From: an uncultured delta proteobacterium
GTDB taxonomy: Bacteria > Myxococcota_A > Polyangia > Polyangiales > Polyangiaceae
Direction of reading: 5' to 3'
NCBI GenBank assembly: GCA_963841435.1
Contig: CAWJCS010000006.1
Coordinates: forward strand, 1,312,001-1,376,000
Length of the DNA stretch: 64,000 nucleotides
Shown: positions 1 to 11,554 of the stretch, in pieces
Layout: each line of letters begins with the position of its first letter
Numbering within the stretch: position 1 is the stretch's first letter
Notes under the pieces: generated by a model
The model's input: only the letters and a program-made list of their open reading frames with translations
Told to the model about the DNA's origin: nothing
Database searches by the model: none
Translations under genes and position numbers: made by a program

Positions 1-1268
1 TCACCGTCTCCCGGCTCAGCCCGGTCCTGGTCGAGTTCAACGTCGAGATCGACAAACAGCGCGTGAGCGAGGAGGTCGAGAAGGCCTACTCGAACGTGGC
101 GCGCAACGCGAAGGTGAGAGGCTTCCGGCCCGGCAAGGCGCCACGCCGCGTGCTCTCGCACGTGTACGGGCCGCGCATCGCCAGTGACGTTGCCGAGCGC
201 CTCGTCGAGGAAACGTATCCGCAGGCGGTGACGGGTCAGAACCTGCAGCCCGTCGGCTCGCCGGCGATCGAGCGCAAGACGCTGCTCGAGGATCAGCCGT
301 TTTCCTACAAGGTGCGCGTCGAGGTGCTGCCGGCGATCGAGAGCGTGTCGTACGAGGGGCTCACGGCCAAGCGCACGAAGCCCGTCGTCACCGACGAGCA
401 AGTGAAGGCGGAGCTCGATCGTCTGCGCGAGGGGCATGCGACGCTCGAGGAGCCGAAGGAAGCGCGTGGCGCCGCGAGTGGCGACGTCGTGACGCTCGAT
501 TTCCAGGTCGAGGTGGACGGCGAAATCGTCGCCGACGCAGGCGCGACGGACTTTCGCGTGCAAGTCGGCCGCGGCCAGCTGCTCACCGTCATCGACGACG
601 CCCTCGTGGGCCTGAAGGTGGGCGAGCAGAAGACCGTCGAGGTCGACATGCCGGCCGGGCACCCGCACAAGAAGCTCCGCGGCAAGAAGGCGATGTTCCA
701 GGTGACGCTGAAGGCGCTGAAGGAGCGCGTGCTTCCGGCGGCCGACGACGAGTTCGCAAAAGATCTCGGCGAGTTCGAGACCCTCGCCGCCCTCGAGCAG
801 GGTTTGCGCGAGCGTCTCGAGAAGCAGGCGACCGAAGCGAGCGAGAACGCGCTTGCCGAGCAGCTCGTCGTCGAGCTCTGCAAGGCGAACCCGGTGGCCG
901 TGCCGCCATCGCTCGTCGAACGCCAGATGCGCATCACCGAGCAGGAGATCCTCGCGCGCGCCCGGGCGCAGGGTGGTCAGGCGTCAGGGCTCGGCGAAGA
1001 GCTCAAGCAGAAGGTGCGGGCCGACAGCGAGCTCAAGGTGCAGGCTGGCCTTTTGATGGCCGAGGTCGCCAAGAAGGAAGCTCTCAAGATTGGCGACGAA
1101 GAAATCGAAAAAGGGCTCGCCGAGCTCGCCGAGCAATCGGGGAAAAACCTCGCGAAGCTCCGGGTCGAGTACCGCGAGCCGCAGAAGCGCGAGATGCTGA
1201 TCGGGATGATTTTGGAAAATAAGGTGCTGGACATCATCCAGGCTAAGGCCAAGATCGAGGAAGACTGA
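1..1268 (+). CDS. tig: Trigger factor (5' end outside window)
   Basis: GFRPGKAP ribosome-binding signature and FKBP-like middle domain; frame is open to the window edge ([17 protein letters not shown]); lies upstream of clpP-clpX-lon. Confidence 0.95.
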   Translation, partial: TVSRLSPVLVEFNVEIDKQRVSEEVEKAYSNVARNAKVRGFRPGKAPRRVLSHVYGPRIASDVAERLVEETYPQAVTGQNLQPVGSPAIERKTLLEDQPFSYKVRVEVLPAIESVSYEGLTAKRTKPVVTDEQVKAELDRLREGHATLEEPKEARGAASGDVVTLDFQVEVDGEIVADAGATDFRVQVGRGQLLTVIDDALVGLKVGEQKTVEVDMPAGHPHKKLRGKKAMFQVTLKALKERVLPAADDEFAKDLGEFETLAALEQGLRERLEKQATEASENALAEQLVVELCKANPVAVPPSLVERQMRITEQEILARARAQGGQASGLGEELKQKVRADSELKVQAGLLMAEVAKKEALKIGDEEIEKGLAELAEQSGKNLAKLRVEYREPQKREMLIGMILENKVLDIIQAKAKIEED

Positions 1269-1279
1269 GGTCACCCGCC

Positions 1280-1951
1280 ATGACGCGTCGCCCCGAAACC
1301 CGCACCCAAGCCTTGCACCTGCTCGAAAGCCGAGCGGGCGCCGACCGTATCCAGGACAACGTCATCTACCCGCACGTCGTCGAGACGACGCACCGCGGCG
1401 AGCGCACCTGGGACATTTTCAGCCGCCTCCTGAAGGACCGCATCGTGTTCCTCGGCAGCGGCGTGGACGACGATGTCGCCAACATCCTCATCGCCCAGTT
1501 CTTGTTCCTCGAGAGCGAGGACCCCGATAAGGACATCCAGCTTTACATCAACTCGCCGGGCGGCGTCGTCACGGCGGGCCTGGCCATCTACGACACCATG
1601 CAACACGTTCGGTGCCCCGTGAGCACGATCTGCATCGGTCAGGCCGCCAGCATGGCCGCCGTGCTGCTCGGCGCCGGGCTAAAGGGGCGCCGCTTCGCCC
1701 TCCCGAACGCCCGCATCATGATCCACCAGCCGCTCGGCGGCGCGCGGGGTCAGGCGACTGACATCGAGATCCAGGCCCGCGAGATCCGGCACATCAAGGA
1801 CGTGCTCACCGACATCCTCGTCCACTCCACGGGTAAGGCCAAGGCGGACGTGACCCGGGACATCGACCGCGACTTTTACATGGGCCCCGGTCAGGCGAAG
1901 GAATATGGTTTGATTGACGAGATCTTCGAGCCCAAGAAGAAGGGCGGTTGA
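1280..1951 (+). CDS. clpP: ATP-dependent Clp protease proteolytic subunit
   Basis: [27 protein letters not shown] (catalytic Ser), RIMIHQP (His). Confidence 0.98.
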   Translation: MTRRPETRTQALHLLESRAGADRIQDNVIYPHVVETTHRGERTWDIFSRLLKDRIVFLGSGVDDDVANILIAQFLFLESEDPDKDIQLYINSPGGVVTAGLAIYDTMQHVRCPVSTICIGQAASMAAVLLGAGLKGRRFALPNARIMIHQPLGGARGQATDIEIQAREIRHIKDVLTDILVHSTGKAKADVTRDIDRDFYMGPGQAKEYGLIDEIFEPKKKGG

Positions 1952-2117
1952 GCAGCCCCCCGCGGGTTGTGGGGCCGGTCACCCGGCTGACCCCGGGTGG
2001 TAAGCCTGGATCCGCCCCGTTCGGGGTACCGGTCCCCTTACCCTTCCCGTATGCTGGACGTAAAACTGGGCAGACAAGCCGCTAACGTGCGGGCCAGGTT
2101 CGGAAAAACGTGAGGCC

Positions 2118-2133
2118 CGGCACGCCGGTGGCT
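2118..2133 (+). promoter_or_regulatory. Possible sigma-54 -24/-12 element upstream of clpX
   Basis: CGGCACGCCGGTGGCT fits GG-N10-GC with a GGCACG core, about 60 nt before clpX; the -12 part is imperfect. Confidence 0.3.
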
Positions 2134-2194
2134 TGCCCGGGACGGGCTGGAGCCATAGAATTTCCCGGGCAGCCCGCCCTGCCGCGAGGACGAA

Positions 2195-3448
2195 GTGGAG
2201 AGAAGGCGCGACGAAAATAACGGTAATCTTTGCTGCTCCTTCTGCGGGAAATCGCAGAAGGAAGTGAAGAAGCTCATCGCGGGCCCCACCGTCTACATTT
2301 GTGACGAGTGCATCGCGCTCTGCAACGACATCATCGCGGAGGAGGTCGAGAAGGACGAGCCCTCTGCGGGCGCCGACCCCACGCCGAAGCCCGCCGAGAT
2401 CAAGTCGATCCTCGACGACTACGTGGTCGGGCAGGACCGCGCCAAGAAGATCCTCGCGGTCGCCGTCCACAATCACTACAAGCGCATCAACTCGAAGATC
2501 GCAACGGACGACGTCGAGCTCGGCAAGAGCAACATCCTTTTGCTCGGCCCCACCGGTAGCGGCAAGACGCTACTTGCTCAGACGCTCGCGAAGATCCTCA
2601 AGGTCCCGTTTGCGATCGCCGACGCGACGACGCTCACCGAGGCCGGCTACGTCGGTGAGGACGTCGAGAACATCATCGTTCAGCTGCTGCAAAACGCCGA
2701 TCACGATGTCGAGCGGGCCCAGCGTGGCATCGTCTACATCGACGAAATCGACAAGATTTCCCGCAAGAGCGACAACCCCTCCATCACGCGCGACGTATCG
2801 GGGGAGGGCGTTCAGCAGGCGCTCCTGAAGATCATCGAGGGCACGATCGCCAACGTGCCGCCCAAGGGTGGGCGCAAGCACCCGCAGCAAGACTTCTTGC
2901 AGGTCGACACGAGCAACATCCTGTTCATCTGTGGCGGCGCCTTCGTCGGTCTCGATGGAATCATCCAGCGCCGCATCGGTCAGAGCCGGCTCGGCTTCGG
3001 TGCCGAGATCAAGGGCAAGGCCGAGCTTCGCCTCGGCGAGCTGCTCTCGCACGTGCAGCCGGAGGATCTGCTCAAGTTCGGCCTCATCCCCGAGTTCATC
3101 GGGCGCCTGCCCGTCATCGCCACGCTCCACGAGCTCAGCGAGGAAGCGCTCATCGACATCCTCACCAAGCCGAAGAACAGCTTGGTGAAGCAGTTTCACA
3201 AGCTCTTCGAGATGGATGGCGTGAAGCTCAAGTTCGCGAAGGGCGCCCTGCAGGCGATCGCTCGTAAGGCCCTGGCGCGCGAGAGCGGAGCGCGCGGTCT
3301 TCGCGCCATCATGGAAGAGGCCATGCTCGACGTCATGTACGACGTGCCGTCGAAGCAGGGCATCAAGGAGGTGGTCGTCAACGAAGAAGCCATCCTCCAG
3401 GGCGATCCGCCCCTCATCGTCTATCACAAGGAAGCCGGCGTCGGCTGA
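2195..3448 (+). CDS. clpX: Clp protease ATP-binding subunit ClpX
   Basis: CSFCGKSQ...ICDEC zinc finger, GPTGSGKT Walker A, YIDEIDK Walker B, RKH loop, LGF loop. Confidence 0.98.
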   Translation: MERRRDENNGNLCCSFCGKSQKEVKKLIAGPTVYICDECIALCNDIIAEEVEKDEPSAGADPTPKPAEIKSILDDYVVGQDRAKKILAVAVHNHYKRINSKIATDDVELGKSNILLLGPTGSGKTLLAQTLAKILKVPFAIADATTLTEAGYVGEDVENIIVQLLQNADHDVERAQRGIVYIDEIDKISRKSDNPSITRDVSGEGVQQALLKIIEGTIANVPPKGGRKHPQQDFLQVDTSNILFICGGAFVGLDGIIQRRIGQSRLGFGAEIKGKAELRLGELLSHVQPEDLLKFGLIPEFIGRLPVIATLHELSEEALIDILTKPKNSLVKQFHKLFEMDGVKLKFAKGALQAIARKALARESGARGLRAIMEEAMLDVMYDVPSKQGIKEVVVNEEAILQGDPPLIVYHKEAGVG

Positions 3449-3485
3449 GCGGGCGGCAGGCGTCGCGGCCTCGGGCCGTGGCGAC

Positions 3486-6029
3486 GTGTCGCGCGCAGAG
3501 CCGCCCGAGAACGAGCCAAAGGCGAGCATGAGCGACATGTTCTTCCGCAACGATCCCAACGAAAAAGGTGCCGCGCCGCGGCGTACGCTGCCGGCGCTGC
3601 CGCTTCGCGACATCATCGTGTTCCCGCACATGGTGTCGCAGCTCTTCGTGGGGCGCGACAAGAGCATCGCCGCGCTCGACGAGGCGATGAGTCGCGACAA
3701 GGACATCTTCCTCGCCGCCCAGAAGAACGCAAAGACCAACGACCCGACGCCCGACGACATCTACGGCGTCGGCACCATCGGCACGATCGTCCAGCTTTTG
3801 CGCCTCGCCGACGGCACCGTGAAGGTGCTCGTCGAAGGGCGGCAGCGCGCGCGCGTGCGGCGCTACCTCGAGACGAACGACTATTTCCTCGCCGAGATCG
3901 AGGACCTTCCCGAGCGCACCGAGGCTGACGTCGAGGTCGAGGCGCTGATCCGCAGCGTGCAGAGCACCTTCGAGGTCTACGTCAAGCTCAACAAGAAGGT
4001 ACAGCCGGAAGTGCTGATGAGCGTCCAGAGTGTCGAGGACGGCTCGAAGCTCAGCGACACCATCGCCGCGAACCTACCGACCATCAAGCTCGCCGATCGC
4101 CAGGGCCTGCTCGAGATGGACGAGCCGAAGAAGAGACTAGAGCGCCTGTACGAGCTCATGCAGGCCGAGATCGAGATCCTGCAGGTAGAAAAGAAGATCC
4201 GCTCCCGCGTCAAGAAGCAGATGGAGAAGACGCAGAAGGAGTACTACCTGAACGAGCAGATGCAGGCGATCCAGAAGGAGCTCGGGGGCGGGGAGCGGGA
4301 CGAGTTCAAGAACGAGATTCAGGAGATCGAGGAGCAGCTCAAGCAGAAGCGGATGAGCGAGGAGGCGCAGGCCAAGGTGCGAAAGGAGCTGAAGAAGCTC
4401 AAGCTCATGCACCCGACCTCCGCCGAGGCAACCGTCGTCCGCAACTACATCGACTGGATCCTGGCTCTGCCGTGGATGGAGAAGACGGAGGAGCGCTTCG
4501 ATGTCGTCGAGGCCGAGCGCATCCTCGACGAGGACCACTACGGGCTGAAAAAGTGCAAGGAGCGCATCGTCGAGTACCTCGCGGTTCAGGCGCTCACCAA
4601 GCAGCTGCGTGGGCCGATTTTGTGCCTCGTGGGGCCGCCCGGCGTCGGCAAGACGAGCATCGCGAAGAGCATCGCGCGCGCCACGGGCCGCAAATTCGTG
4701 CGCCTCGCGCTCGGCGGCGTGCGTGACGAGGCGGAGATCCGCGGCCACCGGCGCACCTACATCGGCGCGCTACCCGGCAAGATCGTGCAGAGCCTCAAGA
4801 AGGTGGCGACGAACAACCCCGTGTTCTTGCTCGACGAGATCGACAAGATGAGCACGGACTTCCGCGGCGACCCCGCCGCCGCGTTGCTCGAGGTGCTCGA
4901 CCCGGAGCAGAACGCGACCTTCAACGATCACTATCTCGACCTCGACTACGATCTTTCGAGCGTGATGTTCATCACGACGGCGAACACGCTCGGCGGCATC
5001 CCGGTCCCCCTGCAGGACCGGCTCGAGATCATCCAGCTCTCCTCGTACACGGAGTTCGAGAAGCTCAACATCGCACAGCGCTACCTCGTGCCCCGGCAGC
5101 GCACCGAGTGCGGCCTCGGCGAGGCCGACCTCACCTTCACGGAAAGCGCGATCCGCACGATCATTCACCACTACACGCGCGAGGCCGGCGTCCGCTCGCT
5201 CGAGCGCGAAATTGCCAGCGTTTGTCGCAAGGCCGCGCTCAAGGTCGTCAAGGAAGGCAAGGGCCACTCGCTCGACGTGAAGGCCGCCGACGTGCCGAGC
5301 TACCTCGGCGTCCCGCGCCAGCGCATCGGCAAGAAGGACGAGGCCGATCAGGTGGGCCTCACCCACGGCCTCAGCGTGTCGGAGCACGGCGGCGACATTC
5401 TCGATTGCGAGGTGAGCGTCGTTCCCGGCAAGGGCAAGCTCGTCATCACGGGCCTGCTCGAGAAGGGCATGGAGGAGAGCGCCCAGGCCGCGATGAGCTA
5501 CATCCGCTCGCGCGGCGGCGCGCTCCAGCTCGAGCCCGACTTCTATCAGAAGATCGACGTGCACGTGCACTTCCCGGACTTCGTCCGCAAGGACGGGCCG
5601 AGCGCCGGCGTCACCATGGCGACGAGCATCGCGAGCGCGCTCACGCGTCTGCCCGTGCGCAGCGACGTCGCGATGACCGGAGAGATCACGCTGCGCGGGC
5701 GCGTGATGCCCATCGGCGGGCTCAAGGAAAAGCTCTTGGCTGCGCACCGCAACCGCATCACCACCGTGCTGATCCCTCTCGAAAACCGTAAAGATTTGAA
5801 GGAGATCCCGCGGCGCGTGCTCCGGGCCCTGCGCATCGTCCTCGTCTCGCACATGGATGACGTGCTGCGCGAGGCCGTGCGCTTGCCGGACCCGGATCGG
5901 TTGTTCGGCCAGCGCAAGCCCCTCATCGAGTACCGCTTCGGTGAGCTCTTCGAGGGCGATCCTGAGGGTGAGGGTCCCGCGATGCCTCCGGAAGAGCCAC
6001 CTCCGGCGCAGCCGGGCCTGTCGTCTTGA
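3486..6029 (+). CDS. lon: Lon protease (start may be ATG 3528)
   Basis: [11 protein letters not shown]-domain, [23 protein letters not shown] (Ser) and IGGLKEK (Lys) dyad. Confidence 0.98.
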   Translation: MSRAEPPENEPKASMSDMFFRNDPNEKGAAPRRTLPALPLRDIIVFPHMVSQLFVGRDKSIAALDEAMSRDKDIFLAAQKNAKTNDPTPDDIYGVGTIGTIVQLLRLADGTVKVLVEGRQRARVRRYLETNDYFLAEIEDLPERTEADVEVEALIRSVQSTFEVYVKLNKKVQPEVLMSVQSVEDGSKLSDTIAANLPTIKLADRQGLLEMDEPKKRLERLYELMQAEIEILQVEKKIRSRVKKQMEKTQKEYYLNEQMQAIQKELGGGERDEFKNEIQEIEEQLKQKRMSEEAQAKVRKELKKLKLMHPTSAEATVVRNYIDWILALPWMEKTEERFDVVEAERILDEDHYGLKKCKERIVEYLAVQALTKQLRGPILCLVGPPGVGKTSIAKSIARATGRKFVRLALGGVRDEAEIRGHRRTYIGALPGKIVQSLKKVATNNPVFLLDEIDKMSTDFRGDPAAALLEVLDPEQNATFNDHYLDLDYDLSSVMFITTANTLGGIPVPLQDRLEIIQLSSYTEFEKLNIAQRYLVPRQRTECGLGEADLTFTESAIRTIIHHYTREAGVRSLEREIASVCRKAALKVVKEGKGHSLDVKAADVPSYLGVPRQRIGKKDEADQVGLTHGLSVSEHGGDILDCEVSVVPGKGKLVITGLLEKGMEESAQAAMSYIRSRGGALQLEPDFYQKIDVHVHFPDFVRKDGPSAGVTMATSIASALTRLPVRSDVAMTGEITLRGRVMPIGGLKEKLLAAHRNRITTVLIPLENRKDLKEIPRRVLRALRIVLVSHMDDVLREAVRLPDPDRLFGQRKPLIEYRFGELFEGDPEGEGPAMPPEEPPPAQPGLSS

Positions 6030-6068
6030 CCTCGGGCCGGGCGCGCAGCGTCCGGCAGCCACGCCCTG

Positions 6069-6448
6069 GTGTGGGCGAGCGCGTTCTCGGTCGTGCTCGC
6101 CGCGATGGCGTCGTGCGACGGCGGACCGCGCGGCGACGACGATGACGACGCGCCCGGCGGCGAGACGAGCACGGGTGGTGCGGTCCGTGGATGCCCTGTG
6201 CGAATCCGCGCGCGCCGCAGTCGCCCGGAGTGAGCGGCACCCTCAACACCACGAATGCCGTCTGCTTCTTCATAGACGAGACCATCAACGGCTGGGGCTG
6301 CTCGAGCTTTGGGGCTCGCACGGTGTCCGCCAACGGAACGCGCATGACATGCGGTCAGGTCCCGATGCCCGCCAAGGTGGACGGGGGCTACTACTTCGAA
6401 GTCAGCGAAGGAGAGCCGAGCTACGCGTCTTTCTACTGGTGGCAATAG
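6069..6448 (+). CDS. Frameshifted putative lipoprotein with C-terminal CBM64-like carbohydrate-binding domain; start uncertain
   Basis: One frame gives VWASAFSVVLAAMASC plus an acidic linker; after a shift near 6180 ORF 6191-6448 gives an aromatic-rich module (INGWGCSSF...PAKVDGGYYF...YASFYWW). Confidence 0.5.
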
Positions 6449-6555
6449 CCGCGACGACGGCTGCGGCGCGCCCGCGACGTGCCCCATCTCACGACCATGA
6501 GGACGTCGCGCGGGCAGGCGATGGTATCGCCGTCGCTCACGGGAAGGCCCGCGCG

Positions 6556-6906
6556 TCACCCGAACGTATCGCCGTCATATCCCCAGAGGTGGCCCTGGGC
6601 GTCGGCAAACTCGATGTAGATGCGCCCGCCCGGCACACCGAGCGCCTTCGACAAGCGCGTGCAGATTTCCCCCGAAAGCTTCTTGGCGAGCTCGGGCGAG
6701 AAGCGCCCGACGTTCTTTACCTCGACGTAGGCAGACGGCTCGCTGCTCCCGGCGAACGTCATCGCGGCAACGGGCTCGAACGCCGTCATGACGTACGACT
6801 CCGGCTTCCGGAGCTCTTTCGCGAGCAGCTTCGACAGGTCGGCGAGCAACGAGCCGCGGGCCTCGTCCTTCGGGCTGACGGATGACGTGATCTTCACGAG
6901 GGGCAT
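6556..6906 (-). CDS. MIF-family (phenylpyruvate) tautomerase
   Basis: N-terminal MP (catalytic Pro1), KPESYVM, MTFAGSSEP, RIYIEF, WGYDGDTF. Confidence 0.92.
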   Translation of the reverse strand: MPLVKITSSVSPKDEARGSLLADLSKLLAKELRKPESYVMTAFEPVAAMTFAGSSEPSAYVEVKNVGRFSPELAKKLSGEICTRLSKALGVPGGRIYIEFADAQGHLWGYDGDTFG

Positions 6907-7023
6907 GAGGCTGTTCTCTCCGCGCCGCGCGAATGCGGCGCCTTCGGTGCCCCGAGGCTAACCAATCCGCGCCTCAGCGGTCACGCCGCGGGCGCCAGGG
7001 CCGCAGGGAGGTGGTCGGTCGAG

Positions 7024-8868
7024 CTAGCTTCCCGTTTCGCGGCGAACGAGGACCGCGGGGTCGCGCGGATCCGGACGCCGTGTCGCCCGCTCGAAGGACG
7101 CGGCGACTCCCGTGGCCACGTCAACCAACGAGAAGCTCGGCGCGAGCTGGATCGCCCCGATATCGGTGCCTCGGATATTGCCGCGCCGGCAGAGCATCGG
7201 CAGGAGGCGGCGCGCATCGGCGCCCTGGGCTTCGCCCCAGGAGACGCGAAAGCGGACCCAGCCGTCGCTGGTGTCGCGTGCTGGCTCGCGGCCTTCAGTT
7301 GTGTGGGACCCGGCGGTCGGTCGAGCACCGCGTAGCCGCTCATGAGCGCGGTCGTTGCGGGGCTGGGGGATCGGGCGAGCGCTGCGTGCCGCGTCGCGCG
7401 GATGAGCGCTGCGTGCCGCGTCGCGCGGATGAGCGTTGCGTGCCGCGCTGCGCGGATGGGCGTTGCGCTCGATCCAGGGCTTTGCCCCCTTTTTCCCGGC
7501 TGGGGGCGGCTCGAAGCGGGTGATCTCGCGCGGCTCGGTGACCGTCGTGCGCTGCGTTCGCTCGATGAGCTGCGCGAGCGCCCGTTCCGCCCGGCCGGCG
7601 GCAACGAGCTCCTTTGCCAGACGGAGCGCTCGCGTCTCCACCGCGCGCTCGCTGTCTGCGAGCACGCCGTCGGCACTCGGTTCCCCGCCGAGCTCGGCGA
7701 GCAACCGGTCGTCCTCGGCTCGGGCGATCTGCTCGGCTGAGGGGATCGGCTCGAAGCGGTGCTGCACGCCCGCCCGCTTGAGGAGCGCTGACAGCCGGGG
7801 CATCCCGGCCGGCTGCACCATGATGGAGCTCTTGCCCTTCTGGCCGGCGCGGCCCGTGCGCCCACTCCTGTGCGTGTACGTGTCGGCGTCGTTCGGCGGC
7901 TCGAGCTGAACGACGCGCGCGATGGCCCGATGGTCGATGCCGCGCGCCGCGACGTCGGTGGCGACGAGAACTTGCATTTTGCCCTGCTTGAAGGCGGAAA
8001 GCGCGCGGTGGCGCGCGTCTTGATCCATCTCGCCCGAGAGCGCCCCGACGGCAAAACCAGCAGCATCGAGCTCGTCGCACACGCGCGCTACGTCGGCCCG
8101 CGTGCGGGCGAAGGCGAGCACCTGCTCGGTCGGCGCCGCGAGCAGCAGGTTCACGAGCGCGCTGACGCGCTCGTTGGGCTTCACGAGGTGGACGACGTGG
8201 TCGATGTCGGAGTTGGCGGAGCCGAGCGGCGTCCCCTGAACGTACGCGGGGTTTTCTTGTACGCGCTGCGCGAGCGCCTCGACGTCGCGTGGGAACGTTG
8301 CGGAGACGAGGTGCGTCCGATGACCTGCCGGAGAAAGCGCGAGAATCGCTTCGAGGTCTTCGCGAAAGCCGAGGTCGAGCATGCGATCGGCTTCGTCGAG
8401 CACGATGGCCCCCGCGCGCCCGAGGTCGATGGCACCCCGGCGCAGATGATCGAGCAGCCGGCCCGGCGTTCCGACCACGATGCCGGGCCCGCGCGAAAGA
8501 ACGCGATACTCGTCCCGGACGCTCGAGCCTCCCGTCACCGACGCGACGAGCACGCGGCTATTCGCATAGAGCCAGGCAAGCTCGCCCTCGACCTGCTTGG
8601 CAAGCTCACGCGTTGGAGCCACGACCAAGGCGAGGGGGCGCGCGATGCCGTCCTTCGGCTTTGGCACCGCCTCGACGGCGTGGCGAACGGCGAACCCGAT
8701 CGCGAGGGTCTTGCCCGAGCCGGTCTGCGAGCTGATGCGAAGGTCACGCCCGGCGAGCGCCGGATCGAGCACTGCCTCCTGCACGGTCGTGAGGGTCGCG
8801 TACCCTCTGTCGGCGAGGGCGCGTGATAGCTCGGGACCGAGAACCTCGAAGGGGTCGAAAGGCAACAT
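7024..8868 (-). CDS. DEAD-box RNA helicase with C-terminal DbpA-type RNA-binding domain (DeaD/CsdA-like)
   Basis: QTGSGKT, PTRELA, TPGR, DEAD, SAT, ARGID, HRSGRTGRAG; C-terminal LCRRGNIRGTDIGAI. Confidence 0.93.
   Translation of the reverse strand: MLPFDPFEVLGPELSRALADRGYATLTTVQEAVLDPALAGRDLRISSQTGSGKTLAIGFAVRHAVEAVPKPKDGIARPLALVVAPTRELAKQVEGELAWLYANSRVLVASVTGGSSVRDEYRVLSRGPGIVVGTPGRLLDHLRRGAIDLGRAGAIVLDEADRMLDLGFREDLEAILALSPAGHRTHLVSATFPRDVEALAQRVQENPAYVQGTPLGSANSDIDHVVHLVKPNERVSALVNLLLAAPTEQVLAFARTRADVARVCDELDAAGFAVGALSGEMDQDARHRALSAFKQGKMQVLVATDVAARGIDHRAIARVVQLEPPNDADTYTHRSGRTGRAGQKGKSSIMVQPAGMPRLSALLKRAGVQHRFEPIPSAEQIARAEDDRLLAELGGEPSADGVLADSERAVETRALRLAKELVAAGRAERALAQLIERTQRTTVTEPREITRFEPPPAGKKGAKPWIERNAHPRSAARNAHPRDAARSAHPRDAARSARPIPQPRNDRAHERLRGARPTAGSHTTEGREPARDTSDGWVRFRVSWGEAQGADARRLLPMLCRRGNIRGTDIGAIQLAPSFSLVDVATGVAASFERATRRPDPRDPAVLVRRETGS
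7377..7467. repeat. 27-bp tandem repeat, about 3.4 copies, inside the helicase gene
   Basis: GAGCGCTGCGTGCCGCGTCGCGCGGAT units at 7377, 7404, 7431 and a partial at 7458; encode R(N/S)AHPR(S/D)AA. Confidence 0.9.
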
Positions 8869-8942
8869 GGGGGCCGGCCCCTATATCATCTGCTGCGAGA
8901 ATCGCCCGTCGGGGGCGCGAAGCGCGCAGAAACGGCCCGAGG

Positions 8943-9200
8943 CTAGTGACCGCAGGGCTTCTCGCTCGCCGCGTCGCCGATGACCCGGGCGAGCGCATCC
9001 CTCATGGATGCATCGTCGTCGAAGACCTGCAGGTCGTCGTCCATCACGTCGCTCACCCGGCCCATGAGCTCGTCCAGAGCATCTTCGTCGTCCGGATCGA
9101 CCTCCCCCAAATCCCAAGTCGCCCCGCAGGTCTCGCACTGCCCGAGCGCCTCTAGCCTCACGGCAAGGGTGGTCGCTGCTTCCGTCTGAACGTCCGCCAT
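8943..9200 (-). CDS. Small acidic hypothetical protein with CxxC
   Basis: MADVQTE...CETC...KPCGH with GC3-rich codons; start re-picked at ATG 9200. Confidence 0.6.
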   Translation of the reverse strand: MADVQTEAATTLAVRLEALGQCETCGATWDLGEVDPDDEDALDELMGRVSDVMDDDLQVFDDDASMRDALARVIGDAASEKPCGH

Positions 9201-9502
9201 GCGGGTGCGACTCCCCCGGGTGCGCGGCGCTGTCAAATGGAGCCCGGTCGGGAGCCGAGAAAGGCGGACGAACGTGCCTGTCTGACCCGCGGGTCCACCG
9301 CCGCGACCGGTGTCTTTCGAGAAATCGATCGACGCGGTGGCAAGCTCCGCCGGTTGCTCGAGAAACGAAACCTGCGCGAAGGTCGGAGAGCGCGCCATGT
9401 CTACATGCGCGATTGGCGCGAGCTCATGTCGGGATCTCGCCCCGAAATGCTGCTGCCGCCGCGCCGCGTTGTAAGCGCCCGGCGGCGAGGTATGCTTTGG
9501 GA

Positions 9503-11554
9503 ATGGTGGAAGATGGGAGATGGGCGGCAGGTTCGAGCCGTTGGGCGTGGATTTCGCTGGTCCTCGTCGCCACGGGCTGCGTGGACCCGCTGGATGTCGT
9601 CGGGGTGGAGGAGACCGTCACGCAGACACAGAAGAACGACCCGCTCGCCGACGACCGGCTCGACGACAAGCACCCCGCTTACGACGCGTTGAGAACGGTC
9701 GAGGAAGATTTCGAGGGCTGCGGGGTCACGTTGAACAAGAGCGCGAGCGTCACGCGCCTCACGCTGCAATCGAACGGCGCCAGCGATAACGCGCTGCGAG
9801 GCAAGATCTTTCCGAATCGCGACGCCGCGCGCGCCGCGCTCGGGGGCGCCCCCACGCTTCCGACCATCGAAGTCGTCAACGGTGCGCTGAAGCCGTTCAA
9901 CGACGGTCTCTATGCTGCCGTGGAGCTCGCCGCCGAACGCGGTGACGCCGCGACCGTCAACAAGCAGGCCCTCTTCACCGCCTTGCTGACGGAGCTCCTC
10001 GCGCGCTCGCAAAATGGGAGCCAGGCCGAGAAGCCGCAGGCGCTCGCCGCAGCGAAGCACGTTGCGACGGCGCTCACACTCTCGGGAGACCTCGCGAGCG
10101 CTCCGGCGGATGTCGCTGCCGACGCCGACGAAGCCGCGACACGCTTCCGCGCGGCTGGCATCTTTGCCAAACCCATCGGGTTTTACACGTGGACCCCCGA
10201 GCTCGAAACCATCTTCACGCGCGATCGCTGGCTCCAGAGCCGTTACATCCCCGGTGCCACGGTCACTGACCCGCCGTTTGGCGGCCTCGCCGAGCTCGGG
10301 CTCGTCGTCGGAACGCCAGGGGCGCTTTCCGACGCGTACCGCAAGACGCTCGAGCTCTACGCTGGGCTCACCGATCCCTTCTTCGACAGAACGCCCTTCG
10401 ATCTCTCGCCGTTCGTGCCCGACGCGGCGGCGCTCGCGGATCTATCGAACGTGGAGCAACGCTTCGCCGACACCTTGCCGGTCGACTACCCGGGGTATCC
10501 CTTCTGCAATCCCGGTGTTGCCGCCATGCCTGCCTCGGAGAGCGCGGAAAATCGCATGATGCGAAGGCTCCTGTGTGGCGAAATGTTGATCGACGGTGAG
10601 ACCCTCATCGACGGCCTCATCCGCACCATCCAGAGCGGCGAGCTCGATCTCACGCCGCGTGAGGACTCCGGCTTTTACGACCAACAGCTCTTCGTGCTCG
10701 AAACACTGCTCGTTCCCGACAAGGCAAGCGAGTCGCAGCACCTCTTGCTCACCCGGGCGTACAAGGAAAAGCTGGTCGAGACGTTCAAGTCGCTCCTCAT
10801 CCAGTCCCGCGAGACGCACGCGAAGCAGGTGGCGATCGTCAACGCGGTCTCTTTGTCGTACCAGCCGCCACCCACCGAGTTCACGATTTACCCGAAGCTC
10901 GTCGTCGAGCCGTTCCCGACGTTTTACCTGCGCACGGCGCGTGCGTACCGCTTTCTCCAGGGCGTGCTCGACGCTGCGCTCGGGACGGACTTTGCGAAGA
11001 CGACGGCACGGCTCATCGAGGACGGCACCCGCAGCGACCTCTCGATCGGCGAGGAGCTGGCCGAAAAGGAGCAGCTGCTCTACGGGCTCCACGCGCTCGC
11101 GGCCGACTCGATCGGCATGGCGCCCGAGCTCGGTGCCGACGAGCTCGCCGATTTCCCGCTGGATGCCGCGCGCACGGCCGCGAACGCCTGGCTCGTGCAC
11201 GTGGCGAGCGATTCCGACGTTGGACGCGACCCGCGCGTGAGCCTGCCGGTCGCGCTCGAGACGGATGCCGAAACCAACGTTGACTACGCGATTTACTGGA
11301 TCGTAGCCGGGGTGAAGATCATCCACCTCCACGCAAGTTTCTCGGATGCGCGGCGGCCGGAGGTCGTAAAAGTGCCGCCCAACTGTATTCACAAGGGCTG
11401 GTCTGCGTTCGAGCCGTACATGTTGGTGGAGCAAACGATCCAAGCGCGCCGCCGCGCTGACCTGCCGCCGCTCACGCGCGGAGAGCTGCGCGCCCTGTGC
11501 GACGAGCACGACGACGCCGAGTCCATCAAGGCGGCCTTCGAGACGGCCCCGTGA
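9503..11554 (+). CDS. Large lipoprotein, DUF3160-like
   Basis: Lipobox LVATGC; KPIGFYTW...IFTRDRWLQ, RETHAKQ and VEPFPTFY resemble DUF3160 motifs. Confidence 0.55.
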   Translation: MVEDGRWAAGSSRWAWISLVLVATGCVDPLDVVGVEETVTQTQKNDPLADDRLDDKHPAYDALRTVEEDFEGCGVTLNKSASVTRLTLQSNGASDNALRGKIFPNRDAARAALGGAPTLPTIEVVNGALKPFNDGLYAAVELAAERGDAATVNKQALFTALLTELLARSQNGSQAEKPQALAAAKHVATALTLSGDLASAPADVAADADEAATRFRAAGIFAKPIGFYTWTPELETIFTRDRWLQSRYIPGATVTDPPFGGLAELGLVVGTPGALSDAYRKTLELYAGLTDPFFDRTPFDLSPFVPDAAALADLSNVEQRFADTLPVDYPGYPFCNPGVAAMPASESAENRMMRRLLCGEMLIDGETLIDGLIRTIQSGELDLTPREDSGFYDQQLFVLETLLVPDKASESQHLLLTRAYKEKLVETFKSLLIQSRETHAKQVAIVNAVSLSYQPPPTEFTIYPKLVVEPFPTFYLRTARAYRFLQGVLDAALGTDFAKTTARLIEDGTRSDLSIGEELAEKEQLLYGLHALAADSIGMAPELGADELADFPLDAARTAANAWLVHVASDSDVGRDPRVSLPVALETDAETNVDYAIYWIVAGVKIIHLHASFSDARRPEVVKVPPNCIHKGWSAFEPYMLVEQTIQARRRADLPPLTRGELRALCDEHDDAESIKAAFETAP

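Noticed and set aside
6027-6233. Stop-codon readthrough of lon into the downstream lipoprotein-like frame
   Set aside because: Being in the same frame is probably coincidental; Lon is complete, and an internal signal peptide would make no sense
7377-7467. Repeat as a possible CRISPR array
   Set aside because: No spacers, in frame within a CDS, and no cas genes in the window
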